From an uncultured bacterium (GTDB taxonomy: Bacteria > Krumholzibacteriota > Krumholzibacteriia > LZORAL124-64-63), in NCBI GenBank assembly GCA_903912525.1, contig CAIWHK010000022.1, positions 19,734 through 83,733 on the forward strand: a stretch of 64,000 nt of DNA, read 5' to 3'. Positions 53,312-64,000 of this stretch are shown here, piece by piece (positions within the stretch are counted from its first letter, which is position 1; each line of letters starts with the position of its first letter). The notes beneath the pieces are model-generated. The model saw only the letters and a program-made list of their open reading frames with translations. It was not told where the DNA came from and did not search any database. A program made the position numbers and the translations under genes.

Positions 53312-55497
53312 GGCCGCCCCCGTCGTTCGCGGCGCTGCCGCAGCATCAATCCGAGGGCAAGGCTGCCAACCAGCAGCGGCCAGCCGGCGAGCGCGCCGAA
53401 ACCGTAGACGTTCTTCTGGCTGGCGTTCAGGACGACCGGTTGGCTGAGCGGGTCGCGTCCACGCACCTGGATCAGGGCGTCCTCACGGGCCAGCCAGCTG
53501 ACGGCGTTCAGCAGGAGGTCGCGGTTGGCGCCGCGATTGATCATCGCGTTGTTCAGGAACTCGGAATTGCCGATGACGATCAGGCGACCGGGCCGGCTGC
53601 CGTCGCGCCGCGACTCGAGCACCCAGCCGAACGGGAGCGGACCGCGGTGATCGGTGAGCGGGTCGAATTCGGGGCGACCGGTGAACATCGTCGCCGGGTC
53701 GGTCTCGCCCCAGGTGCTCTCGCCGGTGCTCAGGATCGGGCTGCCCAGCAGGGACGAATCGTTGGCCGTCGTGCGCATGAGCGGCTGGGCCAGGGAGAAC
53801 GTCGTCACCAGGCCGTGCAGGCTGTGCACGATGGCGTGATGGCTGTAGGTGTCGACGATCGCCACAGTGCGCGGCCCGAGGCCCTGCTCGGCGGACACGC
53901 GCCCAGCGTCGACGAGCACTTCGCCGGTGGGCACCAGGTGCCACCGCAGCAGCCATGCGGCCCAGCCTGCCGGCGTGGGCGGGTCGGTCATCGCCAGCAC
54001 CGCGCCGCCGCGGCCGATGAAGGCGTCGATGGCCGCCGCTTCGCCCGGTTCGGGGTCCAGGCGGGGACCGGCAATGACCAGCACGTCGCAGCTCTCGGGC
54101 ACGCGCGCGCCGCCCAACAGCGACAGCGGCAACACGTCGTAGCCCTGGTCGACCAGCGCCATGGCGCAGGTGGCATAGCCGGGGCGCTCGTTGTTGTCCA
54201 GTTGATGCTCGCCGTGGCCCGTCAGGAACATCACGCGGCTCAGGCGCCCGGAGGCCAGCCGGTAGACCGCGCTCAGCAGGGCGCTCTCTTCCGGCTGCAA
54301 CAGCGTCGTGTAGCGGTCACCGACCGTGACGACGACCGAACGCGCCGAACCGAGGTCATACTTGCGGAACAGGTCGATCTCGACCTCGGGGTCGATCACC
54401 TCGAAGCGGAAACGGTGCGAGCGCTGGCGGCAGCTTGTCAGCAGCGCCTCGGTCTCGTCGCGCGCCGGGTCGAGCTTCTGGTAGAACGCATAGACCTGCA
54501 CGTAGTCGGCGCCGGTCGGGCCCTCGCCACCGGCGACCTTGGCTGCGCCGCCCTTGCCCTCGAGCAGGTCACCGAGCTGGTCGAGCACCTGCAGGCTCTG
54601 CGGCGCCAGGCTGTAGCGGTGGTTGCCGGTCAGGTCCCAGCTGAGCGGGAACCGGGCGCCGACCAGGTAGACCAGCACCGAGACCACGATGGTGAGCACG
54701 GCCGGCGTCCACGGGCCGAGTCGCCGGCCGGGCGCCAGGCGCCGGCCGGCGTGCACAGCCCAGGCGGCGGCCAGCGCGATCGCCGTCATGCCCGCGAAGT
54801 AGAGGATGTCCTGCGATGCGATGACGCCCCGGCTGAAGCGCTCGAAGTGCGTCAGCAGCGACAACTCTGACGCCACGCGTCCGGCGACGCCGCCCACCAG
54901 GCGGTCGAAGGTCCCGATCAGGAAGAACACCAGCGAGAACATGAAGGCCAGGAAATAGGCCACGACCTGCTGCGACACCAGGCACGAGGCCAGCAGCCCC
55001 CAGGCCACCAGGCAGCCCGCGAACAGGCATTGTCCCAGCACGGCCGTGAAGGCCGGGCCGGCCTCGGGGTGGCCGAACGTCCAGCCCGCCAGGATGTAGG
55101 CCGTGCCGGCGGCGATCAGCGCCAGCGCGGCCAGCGTCCCGCCCAGCCACTTGCCGATGATCCAGGTGCCGTCCCCGACCGGCCAGCTGGCCACCAGCTC
55201 GCGCCGGCCGGCGCGCAGGTCCGGCGCCATCAGCCGCATCGCGAGGGCCGGCAGCAGGAAGAGCAGGAAGAACACCGTGATGGAGACCAGCGGGCGGAAG
55301 AGGCCCTCGGCCAGGTTCAGGTAGCTGCCGCTGGCGGGCGCCTGCAGCGCGGCCAGCGACATCTCGCTGTAACCGAACAGGTAGATCGTGAAGAACAGGC
55401 CGACCGAGACGAGGAAGCCCGTCAGGACGACCGGCGCCACGACGCTGTGAAAGAACGAGGCGAGTTCCCGGCGGGTGATGGCCCACAGTGCGTTCAT
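53308..55497 (-). CDS. fused ABC-2-type permease (GldF-like) and GldG-like periplasmic domain
   Basis: N-terminal roughly 270 aa is polytopic ABC-2 permease-like. The remainder resembles GldG (FLTGHGE...VLVIAGP...) and ends with a C-terminal TM helix. ATG overlaps the ATPase stop (ATGA). The upstream 145 track codons are Arg/Gly-rich and were rejected. Confidence 0.75.
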   Translation of the reverse strand: MNALWAITRRELASFFHSVVAPVVLTGFLVSVGLFFTIYLFGYSEMSLAALQAPASGSYLNLAEGLFRPLVSITVFFLLFLLPALAMRLMAPDLRAGRRELVASWPVGDGTWIIGKWLGGTLAALALIAAGTAYILAGWTFGHPEAGPAFTAVLGQCLFAGCLVAWGLLASCLVSQQVVAYFLAFMFSLVFFLIGTFDRLVGGVAGRVASELSLLTHFERFSRGVIASQDILYFAGMTAIALAAAWAVHAGRRLAPGRRLGPWTPAVLTIVVSVLVYLVGARFPLSWDLTGNHRYSLAPQSLQVLDQLGDLLEGKGGAAKVAGGEGPTGADYVQVYAFYQKLDPARDETEALLTSCRQRSHRFRFEVIDPEVEIDLFRKYDLGSARSVVVTVGDRYTTLLQPEESALLSAVYRLASGRLSRVMFLTGHGEHQLDNNERPGYATCAMALVDQGYDVLPLSLLGGARVPESCDVLVIAGPRLDPEPGEAAAIDAFIGRGGAVLAMTDPPTPAGWAAWLLRWHLVPTGEVLVDAGRVSAEQGLGPRTVAIVDTYSHHAIVHSLHGLVTTFSLAQPLMRTTANDSSLLGSPILSTGESTWGETDPATMFTGRPEFDPLTDHRGPLPFGWVLESRRDGSRPGRLIVIGNSEFLNNAMINRGANRDLLLNAVSWLAREDALIQVRGRDPLSQPVVLNASQKNVYGFGALAGWPLLVGSLALGLMLRQRRERRGRP

Positions 55498-56525
55498 GCG
55501 GGGTCCTCCCCGCGGTCGTCGGCCGGGCCGTCCGCAGGCGCCTCTGCCACGGTGTCGGCCGGCGCAGCAGCAGGAGCGGCCGGAGCCGAAGCGTGGCCCT
55601 TCGCCCCGGTCAGGCTGAGGAACAGGTCCTCGAGGCTGGGCCCCTTGTCGTGGATGTTCTGCAACTGCCCGCCGGCCTGGAGCACCGATTCGACCAGGCG
55701 CGGGCGGATCTCGACGGCGTTGCCGGCGATACTCACTTCGGCGCCCGTCTCGGTGATGACGACATCGTCCACGCCCGCCACACGGGCCAGGGCCGCAGCC
55801 ACCAGGGCGCGATCGCCGTCCCATGACAGAACGACCTTGCGCGCGGAGGCGCCGGCGGCGGCGCCATCGCCGAGGCCGTCGCCGCTGCGCTCGGCCACGA
55901 CACAGCCGCGGTCCAGAATGACCACGCGCTCGCACAGCGCCGACACTTCGCTGAGGATATGGGAGCTCATCAACACGGTGCGCTGCCCGCGCATGCCGCG
56001 GATGAGTTCGCGGATGCCGACGATCTGGTTGGGATCCAGTCCGCTGGTCGGCTCGTCGAGCACGAGCACGGGCGGGTCGCCCACCAGCGCCTGCGCCAGG
56101 CCCAGGCGCTTGCGGAAGCCGTGCGACAGGCGACCGCTCAGGCGATGCCGCACATCCTGCAGCCCGGTCTGCACCAGCAGTTCCTCGAGGCGGGCGACGC
56201 GCCCGTCGCGGGGCACACCCTTGAGGTCGGCGACGAACTCGAGCATCGACCAGACCGACTCGTCACCCGGCAGCGCCACGTGCTCCGGCATGAAGCCGAC
56301 CGCGCGCCGCGCAGCCAGGGGCTCGCTCGCCAGGTCACGGCCAGCCACCATGGCGCTGCCGCCGGACGCGGCCAGCGACCCGGTAAGGATCTTCATCACC
56401 GTCGATTTGCCCGCCCCGTTGGGGCCGAGCAGGCCGGCGATCTGGCCGGATTCCACGCGGAACGAGACGCCGGCCAGCGCGGTAACGGCGCCATAGCGCC
56501 TCGTCAAGCCCTTGACTTCGATCAT
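55494..56525 (-). CDS. ABC transporter ATP-binding protein (GldA-like)
   Basis: Walker A GPNGAGKST, signature LSHGFRKRL, Walker B VLVLDEP. Confidence 0.9.
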   Translation of the reverse strand: MIEVKGLTRRYGAVTALAGVSFRVESGQIAGLLGPNGAGKSTVMKILTGSLAASGGSAMVAGRDLASEPLAARRAVGFMPEHVALPGDESVWSMLEFVADLKGVPRDGRVARLEELLVQTGLQDVRHRLSGRLSHGFRKRLGLAQALVGDPPVLVLDEPTSGLDPNQIVGIRELIRGMRGQRTVLMSSHILSEVSALCERVVILDRGCVVAERSGDGLGDGAAAGASARKVVLSWDGDRALVAAALARVAGVDDVVITETGAEVSIAGNAVEIRPRLVESVLQAGGQLQNIHDKGPSLEDLFLSLTGAKGHASAPAAPAAAPADTVAEAPADGPADDRGEDPA

Positions 56526-56594
56526 GGGTGTCGCCTTGCGGGGATCATGGGTATCGCCTTGCGGGGATCATGCTGGCCGCCTGTCGCCGGTCAT
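56522..56594 (-). repeat. three tandem 23-nt units, each carrying an ATG and an AAGG SD-like motif
   Basis: cat triplets at 56523-25, 56546-48, 56569-71 and 56592-94, exactly 23 nt apart. Units 56522-56544 and 56545-56567 differ at one base; the third unit matches at 13 of 23 positions. Confidence 0.8.
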
Positions 56595-56603
56595 GGCTGC
56601 TGC

Positions 56604-57611
56604 CTAACGCGCCGTCCAGCGCATCAGGCAGGCGCCCCAGGTGAAGCCCGCGCCGAACGCGCAGAGGACGATGGTGTCGCCTTCCTTGAGGCGGCCTTCG
56701 TCGACTGCCACGCGCAGGGCCGAGGGGATGCTGGCGGACGTCGTGTTGCCGAAACGGTCGATCGTGATCATGACCTTGCTGTCCGGCATGCCGAGACGCT
56801 GCTGCGCCGCCCTGATGATGCGGATGTTGGCCTGGTGCGGCACGAAGAGATCGATGTCGGCACCGGTCAGGCCGTTGCGCTCGACGACCTCGGCCGTGAC
56901 GCCGGCCATACCCTTGACCGCGTACTTGTAGACCTCGCGGCCTTCCTGGTAGACGGTGTGCATGTTTCCGTCCACGGTCGCATGCGAGGCGCGCATGGTG
57001 CTGCCGCCCGCCTTCTGGTGCAGGAACGGGATGCCGACACCGTCGACGCGGTTGATGGCGTCGATGATGCCCACGCGCTCGTCCTCGACCCGCTCGACCA
57101 CGATCGCGCCGGCGCCGTCGCCGAACAGGATGCAGCTGTTCCGGTCGTCCCAGTTCGTGATCGTCGACATGATCTCGGTGCCGATGACCAGCACCCGCCG
57201 GGCATGGCCCGCCTCGACCTGCGCGCGCGCGTTCTGCAGCGCGAAGATGAAGCCGCTGCACGCGCCCTCGAGGTCGTAGCCCCAGGCGTTGGTCGCGCCC
57301 AGTTCGTGGGCGATGATGCAGGCGGTGGCGGGGAACACCATGTCGGGCGTCACGGTCGGAACGATGATGTGGTCGATATCCAGCGCCGTGAGGCCGGCGT
57401 GCTCCATCGCCTGCCGGGCCGCCAGGGCACCGTGCACCGAGGCGCCGGTGCCCGGCTTCACCAGGCGTCGTTCACGGATGCCGGTCCGGTCGACGATCCA
57501 GGCGTCGTCGGTTTCGACCATCTTTTCGAGCTCCGCGTTGGTCAGTACGCGGTCGGGAAAGCTCATGCCCACTCCGGTGATCCCGGCAGTGTACAGCGTC
57601 CTTGCGGCCAT
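56604..57611 (-). CDS. fabH: 3-oxoacyl-ACP synthase III
   Basis: TDDAWI..RTGI, active-site ACSGF context, HQAN, GAGFTWG. RBS GGGAGGA. Confidence 0.92.
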   Translation of the reverse strand: MAARTLYTAGITGVGMSFPDRVLTNAELEKMVETDDAWIVDRTGIRERRLVKPGTGASVHGALAARQAMEHAGLTALDIDHIIVPTVTPDMVFPATACIIAHELGATNAWGYDLEGACSGFIFALQNARAQVEAGHARRVLVIGTEIMSTITNWDDRNSCILFGDGAGAIVVERVEDERVGIIDAINRVDGVGIPFLHQKAGGSTMRASHATVDGNMHTVYQEGREVYKYAVKGMAGVTAEVVERNGLTGADIDLFVPHQANIRIIRAAQQRLGMPDSKVMITIDRFGNTTSASIPSALRVAVDEGRLKEGDTIVLCAFGAGFTWGACLMRWTAR

Positions 57612-57957
57612 GGGGTCCTCCCTGGGTGTCCCGGAACGGAAGGCGGCGCCGCTGGCGGGCGCCAAGGCTTCGGCGGCGGGCAACAAGTCGCCGACAGCGG
57701 GCGCCGGCATCAGGTGGGTTCCTGGCGGCGGCCGACCGTGGCAATGATGTCCAATCCTGTGAAGTTAGGCGATTTCCGGCGGACGGGCAACTGTGGATTG
57801 TGCCCACGCACGGGGCTGCCGGAAACGGCCGAGCCCCCGTCGGCCAGGGCCGCGGGGGCTCAGTAAGTGGACGAGAGCCGGTGCCGGTTTCGGGCGGGCG
57901 CTCGCGCTGCTGCGCAGGCACCCCGGAGGCGGCCGACGGCGAAGCGGGACGTTAGTC

Positions 57958-58473
57958 CTACTTCTTCTCCTCGTCCGCATCGCGCTTGTCCTTCTCCTTG
58001 TAGGCGGCCTCGGTCGCCTGCTCGGTGAAGGTGGCAATGGCTTCCTTCTTCTGCTCGGCCGCCATGACCTTGCGGGCGCGGGCGCGCTTGCGCGTGTCCT
58101 TCACCTTCGGGCGGGCGGTTCCATCGACCAGTTCCAGGATCACCAGCTCGGCGTTGTCGCCGTGCCGCGGCCCGATGCGCATGATGCGCGTGTAGCCGCC
58201 GGCGCGCTCCGCATACCGGGGACCGATCTCGGCGAACAGCTTCTGCAGGACGACCGGCTCGTTCACCTTGCGAGCGGCGATCCGGCGCGAGTGCAGGTCA
58301 CCCTTCTTCGCGAAGGTGATCAGCCGCTCGGCCACCGCACGGGCCTCCTTGGCCTTAGGCGCCGTGGTCTGGATACGCTCGTGCTTGAACAGCGACGTCA
58401 CCAGGTTCCGGTACATCATGTTCCGGTGCGCCTGGGTCCGGCCAAGCTTCCGCAGGGTGCGATTGTGACGCAT
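57958..58473 (-). CDS. rplQ: 50S ribosomal protein L17 with Lys/Glu-rich C-terminal extension
   Basis: [16 protein letters not shown]...GGYTRI. Confidence 0.95.
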   Translation of the reverse strand: MRHNRTLRKLGRTQAHRNMMYRNLVTSLFKHERIQTTAPKAKEARAVAERLITFAKKGDLHSRRIAARKVNEPVVLQKLFAEIGPRYAERAGGYTRIMRIGPRHGDNAELVILELVDGTARPKVKDTRKRARARKVMAAEQKKEAIATFTEQATEAAYKEKDKRDADEEKK

Positions 58474-58549
58474 GACTCGAATCCATCCTTCTGTCGAACG
58501 ATCCGGCGGCACGCCGGCCGCTCAGGGGTCGTGGTCTGCCCGTCGCCAA

Positions 58550-59548
58550 TTACGAGCCGGAAATTTCCCGGACACGTTCGGCGATCTCGGGCGGGAACGA
58601 CATGCCGAAGTTCAGTTCCATGCCTTCGAGGATCTCGCCGATCTCGTTGAGGCTCTTGCGCCCGAAGTTGCGGAACTTCAGCATTTCCTGTTCGGGCTTG
58701 GTCACCAGGTCGTACAGCGTCTTGATGTGGCCGGACTTGAGGCAGTTGGCCGAACGGACCGACAGCTCGAGTTCTTCCACGTTGCGCGACAGCAGCTCGA
58801 CCAGACGCTCCTGCTCTTCGTTGACTTCGGTTTCCTGGGCGTCGATCGGCGCCTCGTCGAAGTTGATGAAGAGCTGCAACTGGTCCTTCAGGAGCTTGGC
58901 GGCGAAGGCAACGGCGTCCTCGGGACGCACGGCGCCGTTCGTCGTGATCCCGATGATCAGCTTGTCGTAGTCCGTCCGCTGACCGACGCGCGTGTCCTCG
59001 ACCCGGAAGCTGACCTTGCGCACCGGCGAGTAGTTCGTGTCCATGCGGATCACGCCGATCTTCTCGTCCGGCACGTTGTGCTGCTCACGGTCGACGTAGC
59101 CACGGCCGAGGTCGATGAACATCCGCGCCGTGAACTTCTCAGCCTCGGTGAGCGTGCAGATCACGTAATCCGGGTTCCCGATCACGAGATCCGGGTTGCC
59201 GTTGATCATGCCCGCGGTCACCGGCCCGGGGCCGGTGACATCGAGGTGCGCCCAGTGCGAAGGCGCGTCCGACATGCCGAACACCACGTTCTTCAGGTTC
59301 AGGACGATGTCGGTCACATCTTCGAGCACGCCTGGCATGGTGCTCAGTTCGTGCCTGACGCCTTCGAGGTGCACCGCGGTGATCCCGTGGCCGTGCATCG
59401 ACGACAACAGGGTACGCCGAAGTGCATTGCCCAGGGTGTGGCCGAAACCGCGCTCCAGCGGCGCGATCTCGACTTCGGCGAACAGCGGCGACTGGGTCGC
59501 CTTGTTCACGCGGACACCCTCAGGCATCATCATGTTGACCCACTTCAT
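58550..59548 (-). CDS. rpoA: DNA-directed RNA polymerase subunit alpha
   Basis: PLERGFGHTLGNALRR, and a C-terminal domain with ELSVRSANCLK. ATG at 59548 sits 6 nt after GGAGGAG. Confidence 0.95.
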   Translation of the reverse strand: MKWVNMMMPEGVRVNKATQSPLFAEVEIAPLERGFGHTLGNALRRTLLSSMHGHGITAVHLEGVRHELSTMPGVLEDVTDIVLNLKNVVFGMSDAPSHWAHLDVTGPGPVTAGMINGNPDLVIGNPDYVICTLTEAEKFTARMFIDLGRGYVDREQHNVPDEKIGVIRMDTNYSPVRKVSFRVEDTRVGQRTDYDKLIIGITTNGAVRPEDAVAFAAKLLKDQLQLFINFDEAPIDAQETEVNEEQERLVELLSRNVEELELSVRSANCLKSGHIKTLYDLVTKPEQEMLKFRNFGRKSLNEIGEILEGMELNFGMSFPPEIAERVREISGS

Positions 59549-59582
59549 GTGTCTCCTCCACGCCAACGGCTGGGGCCGGGGC

Positions 59583-60212
59583 TTACTTCGAGTAGAGCTC
59601 CACGATCAGGTTCTCCTGGATCGGGATGGGCAGGTCGCTGAGCTGGGGCTCGGACAAGAGCCGGCCCTCCAGCTTCTTCACGTCCGCCTCGACGAAGGGC
59701 AGCCGGTCACGCTTGGCGTTGTCCTTGATGGAGGTCACGATCTGCGGGATGTTCTGGCTCTTGGTGCGGATCGCGATGGTCTGACCCACGCGCACCTGGC
59801 GGCTCGGGATGTCGCACACGACATTCTCGACCACCACGTGCTTGTGACGGATCAGCTGGCGCGCGGCCGAACGGCTGGGCGCGAAGCCCATCCGGTAGAC
59901 GACACTGTCGAGACGCTTCTCGAGCAGGTTGAACAGGTTCTCACCCGTCGCGCCTTGCCGCCGGTTCGCTTCCGCGAAGTACAGGCGGAACTGCCGTTCC
60001 AGGACGCCATAAATCGACCGGACCTTCTGCTTCTCACGGAGCTGAAGCTTGTAGTCCGAGGGTTTACGCCCACGGCGACGGCCATGTTCGCCCGGCGCGT
60101 ACGGCCGGCGCTCAATGGCACACGAGGCGCTGAAGCAGCGCTCGCCCTTGAGAAAGAGCTTCATCCCCTCACGGCGGCAAAGTTTGCACTTTGCGTCGGT
60201 ATACCTGGCCAT
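59583..60212 (-). CDS. rpsD: 30S ribosomal protein S4
   Basis: MARYTDAKCKLCRREG... Confidence 0.95.
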   Translation of the reverse strand: MARYTDAKCKLCRREGMKLFLKGERCFSASCAIERRPYAPGEHGRRRGRKPSDYKLQLREKQKVRSIYGVLERQFRLYFAEANRRQGATGENLFNLLEKRLDSVVYRMGFAPSRSAARQLIRHKHVVVENVVCDIPSRQVRVGQTIAIRTKSQNIPQIVTSIKDNAKRDRLPFVEADVKKLEGRLLSEPQLSDLPIPIQENLIVELYSK

Positions 60213-60267
60213 TCCTTGAAACCTCCTGGGCGACCACGTTTCTCAGGCGGGCCCACCCTCGTGAAAG

Positions 60268-60669
60268 CTACAGCCGACGGCGCTTCTTGGGCCGGCAGCC
60301 GTTGTGCGGGATCGCGGTGCAGTCCTTGATCCGAGTTACTTCGAGGCCCTCGGCCTTCAGGCTGCGGACCGCGGCCTCACGGCCGGACCCGGGGCCCTTC
60401 ACCCACACCTCGACCTTGCGCATGCCCTGGCCGATGACTTCCTGCGCGCAGAAACGGGCGGCCAGCTGGGCGGCAAAAGCGGTCGACTTGCGACTGCCCT
60501 TGTACCGGCCCTGGTGCCCGCCGCTGGACCACGTAATGACGTTGCCCTGCAGGTCGGTCATGGTGATGATGGTGTTGTTGAAGCTCGACTTCACGTGGGC
60601 CACGCCGACGGAGTCCAGCTTCTTCTTGGCCTTCCGCGCCTTGCCCCGCTTGTCCTTGGCAGTCGCCAT
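60268..60669 (-). CDS. rpsK: 30S ribosomal protein S11
   Basis: [20 protein letters not shown]... Confidence 0.95.
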   Translation of the reverse strand: MATAKDKRGKARKAKKKLDSVGVAHVKSSFNNTIITMTDLQGNVITWSSGGHQGRYKGSRKSTAFAAQLAARFCAQEVIGQGMRKVEVWVKGPGSGREAAVRSLKAEGLEVTRIKDCTAIPHNGCRPKKRRRL

Positions 60670-60680
60670 GATCTAGTACC

Positions 60681-61052
60681 TCACTTCTTCTTGGCGCCGG
60701 GACGGGACTTGGGTCCCTTGCGGGTCCGGGCATTGTTCTTCGTGTTCTGGCCCCGGCAAGGCAGTTTGCGCCGGTGCCGCAGACCACGATAGCTGCCGAT
60801 GTCCATCAGACGCTGGATGTTCATCGCGTGTTCGGTACGCAGGGTACCTTCCACCTGATATTCCTTGTCGAGGATACCGATGATCGAGCGGGTCTGCTCT
60901 TCAGTCAGATCGCGCGTCTTCGTCTCAGGATCAATCTTCGCTTTCGAGCAGATCTCCACGGCGCGGTGGTCACCGACGCCGTAGATGTACGTCAGCGAAG
61001 TCCGGACCCTCTTGTTGGCAGGAATATCGACGCCGGCAATGCGTGCCACCAC
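60681..61052 (-). CDS. rpsM: 30S ribosomal protein S13
   Basis: [21 protein letters not shown]... Confidence 0.95.
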   Translation of the reverse strand: MVARIAGVDIPANKRVRTSLTYIYGVGDHRAVEICSKAKIDPETKTRDLTEEQTRSIIGILDKEYQVEGTLRTEHAMNIQRLMDIGSYRGLRHRRKLPCRGQNTKNNARTRKGPKSRPGAKKK

Positions 61053-61147
61053 GGCTCCTTTCGCTCTGTCCCGGCACCCGTCGCCTGCGCGTTCTCGACG
61101 CGACGACCGACGGGGCCTAAATCAAACCATCCCAACCCAAAACCGAA

Positions 61148-61261
61148 TCAGCCCTGGCGCTGATTGTGCCGACGCGTGATGCAGATCACGCGCACGACGC
61201 CCTTGCGCCGGATCACCTTGCACTTCGTGCAGATCTTCTTCACCGAACTGCGCACCTTCAT
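61148..61261 (-). CDS. rpmJ: 50S ribosomal protein L36
   Basis: Read from the minus strand: [37 protein letters not shown]. Not in the ORF track because it is under 60 aa. Confidence 0.93.
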   Translation of the reverse strand: MKVRSSVKKICTKCKVIRRKGVVRVICITRRHNQRQG

Positions 61262-61316
61262 GGCCTGTGCCTCCCGAGCGGGCCGAACCCGCCGATGGTT
61301 GCGTGCAGCCTTGCGG

Positions 61317-61535
61317 CTACTTGTAGCGGTACGTAATCCGCCCGCGAGTCAAATCGTACGGTGACAGTTCGACCGTCACCTTGTCGCCCGGCAAAATGCG
61401 GATGAAGTGCATGCGCATCTTGCCCGAAACATGTGCCAGCACCACGTGCTGGTTCTCAAGCTCGACGCGGAACATGGCGTTCGGCAGGGCCTCAACCACC
61501 GTTCCCTCGACGCTGATGCCCTCTTCCTTGGCCAT
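61317..61535 (-). CDS. infA: translation initiation factor IF-1
   Basis: [39 protein letters not shown]... Confidence 0.95.
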   Translation of the reverse strand: MAKEEGISVEGTVVEALPNAMFRVELENQHVVLAHVSGKMRMHFIRILPGDKVTVELSPYDLTRGRITYRYK

Positions 61536-61546
61536 CCGCCTCACCT

Positions 61547-62314
61547 TCAGAACGCGGCCGTGCCGTCACCGCGACGCGTCAGGATCCGTGGGCCGTCCGC
61601 CGTGACGGCCACCGTGTGCTCGAAGTGGGCCGACAGACGGCGGTCCGCTGTCACGATGGTCCACTCGTCGCGAGCCGTGATCACGCGCTTCGTCCCGGCG
61701 TTGATCATCGGCTCGATCGCCAGGACCAGGCCGATCTCCATCACCGGGTCCGGCATCGTGTAGCACCGGAAGTTGGGCACCTGCGGGTCCTCGTGCAGGT
61801 TGCGCCCGATTCCGTGCCCGACCAGCGACTCCACGACAGAGAATCCGTTGGCCCGCGCGTGCTTCTCGATCTCGATGCCGATCGCCGAGATCCGTCGGCC
61901 AGGGGCGATCGCGGCCATGCCGCGCGCCAGGCACTCACGGGTCACATCGATCAGCCGCTCCGCCTCGTCGCTCACCCGTCCGACGGGGATCGTCTCGGCG
62001 GAATCGGCATGCCAGCCGTCGCGGATCAACCCGATGTCGATGCCGACGATGTCGCCATCAGCCAGGGCCCGCGACGAAGGGATGCCGTGCACCACTTCCT
62101 CGTTCACCGAGATGCAGGCAGACGCAGGGAACCCGTGGTATCCCTTGAAGCTGGGGATACAGCCGGCTTCCCGGATCCTGGCTTCGATGGCTTCGTCGAG
62201 TTCGGCGGTGGTGACCCCGGGCGCCACCAGCTTGCGGACCTCGAGAAAGACAGAAGCCAAAATCTCGGCGCTGGCCTGCATCTTGTCAACCTGATCGGTC
62301 GACTTCAGCTCCAT
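61547..62314 (-). CDS. map: type I methionine aminopeptidase
   Basis: [34 protein letters not shown] motifs. Confidence 0.93.
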   Translation of the reverse strand: MELKSTDQVDKMQASAEILASVFLEVRKLVAPGVTTAELDEAIEARIREAGCIPSFKGYHGFPASACISVNEEVVHGIPSSRALADGDIVGIDIGLIRDGWHADSAETIPVGRVSDEAERLIDVTRECLARGMAAIAPGRRISAIGIEIEKHARANGFSVVESLVGHGIGRNLHEDPQVPNFRCYTMPDPVMEIGLVLAIEPMINAGTKRVITARDEWTIVTADRRLSAHFEHTVAVTADGPRILTRRGDGTAAF

Positions 62315-62339
62315 GCGCAACGCACCCCGCGACAATGGC

Positions 62340-63011
62340 TTAGCCCAGGGCGGCCGCAATGCGCGCCGCAACCTGCTCCGGCGTGCCCAAACCGTCGATC
62401 TCGCAGAGCGGGTAACGCTCCTCGAGAGCCCAGGCGGCCGGCAGGGTCTTCTTGCGGAAGACCGTAAGCCTATGTCGAATCGTCTCTTCCTTATCGTCAG
62501 CCCTCTGGTAGAGGGCCGACTTGCCCGGCCGCTGGGGATCCTCGGCGGATCCGCAGAACGGGCAGAACTTCACTTCGACCGGCCCGAACCCCTTCAGGTT
62601 CATGACTTCGTTGCAGGCCCGGCAGGTCACACGACCCTCCAGGCGGCGGACGATTTCCTCTGCCGGAGCGTTCAGCACCAGCACGGCGTCCACTTTCTGG
62701 CCGATCTCGTCCAGGAGGGAGATGAACCCTCCCGCCTGGACCGCGGTGCGAGGGAAGCCGTCCAGCAGCCAGCCCTTCTTCGCGTCGTCCTGCGACAGGC
62801 GATCGCGCACCAGGTCCATCATCAACTCGTCGGAAACCAGGTCCCCGGCATTCATGACCGTCTGCACCTTGAGGCCCAGCTCGCTGCCGCTGCGGATCGC
62901 CATGCGAAGGATGTCGCCGGTCGAGATGTGGACCGTGCCCTTCATGTTGACGATGCCGTGCGACTGCGTGCCCTTGCCGACTCCCGGCGGCCCCATGATG
63001 ACGACGTTCAC
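62340..63011 (-). CDS. adk: adenylate kinase (zinc-lid type)
   Basis: GPPGVGKGTQ. Lid with CRAC...CPFCG. Confidence 0.95.
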   Translation of the reverse strand: MNVVIMGPPGVGKGTQSHGIVNMKGTVHISTGDILRMAIRSGSELGLKVQTVMNAGDLVSDELMMDLVRDRLSQDDAKKGWLLDGFPRTAVQAGGFISLLDEIGQKVDAVLVLNAPAEEIVRRLEGRVTCRACNEVMNLKGFGPVEVKFCPFCGSAEDPQRPGKSALYQRADDKEETIRHRLTVFRKKTLPAAWALEERYPLCEIDGLGTPEQVAARIAAALG

Positions 63012-63015
63012 GTCG

Positions 63016-64000
<985 letters not shown>

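Noticed and set aside
57831-57861. Hairpin GAGCCCCCG...CGGGGGCTC downstream of rplQ as a terminator
   Set aside because: The stem is good, but on the minus strand it is followed only by ggccgtttcc, a weak U-tract. Not confident enough to list as a feature.

Overview
High-GC bacterial chromosomal segment (G+C judged by eye, not computed). I call about 58 protein-coding genes. I found no rRNA, tRNA, CRISPR array, transposase or integrase. Most long ORFs in the six-frame track are antisense or alternate-frame shadows (Arg/Ala/Gly/Pro-rich) of real genes. Many track ORFs also carry spurious 5' extensions, which I trimmed using RBS motifs and 4-nt start/stop overlaps (ATGA, GTGA, TTGA); these overlaps are very common here. 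The right end (57958-64000, minus strand) is the tail of the ribosomal-protein cluster: secY-adk-map-infA-rpmJ-rpsM-rpsK-rpsD-rpoA-rplQ. The rest is housekeeping genes (cheV, ctp, tmk, rsmI, nadE, ltaE, HU/IHF, rsgA, ptsN-like, apbC, metG, add, fabH, several peptidases) interrupted by accessory modules. The most interesting modules are these. (1) A three-gene MtrA/MtrB-like porin-cytochrome cluster at 12423-16035 (decahaem, beta-barrel, hexahaem lipoprotein). (2) A tightly packed six-gene envelope operon at 16314-26921: lamin-tail-domain surface protein with FlgD-Ig/T9SS-like C-terminal domain, PorV-like OMP, 843-aa barrel with ComEA-like HhH N-terminus, FadL-like OMP, 5'-nucleotidase, single-module ClpB-D2-like AAA+. 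(3) A four-gene translationally coupled operon at 32624-36882 matching the bacterial ceramide pathway (Spt-like, GNAT/bCerS-like, SDR/CerR-like) plus a sphingomyelin/IPC-synthase-like PAP2 enzyme. Smaller oddities include an otherwise intact dcp with one in-frame TAG, three chained 8-codon mini-ORFs filling the fabH to ABC-ATPase spacer, a 27-codon membrane ORF whose frame stays coding-like past its UGA, tandem STAS paralogs, and an AmmeMemoRadiSam A/B pair with no radical-SAM partner in view. Lineage cannot be determined from the window. The FlgD-Ig-type C-terminal domains, PorV-like and GldG-like genes hint at an FCB-group-like or Gemmatimonadota-like organism, but that is inference only. 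All family assignments come from motif recognition by eye, not from searches.
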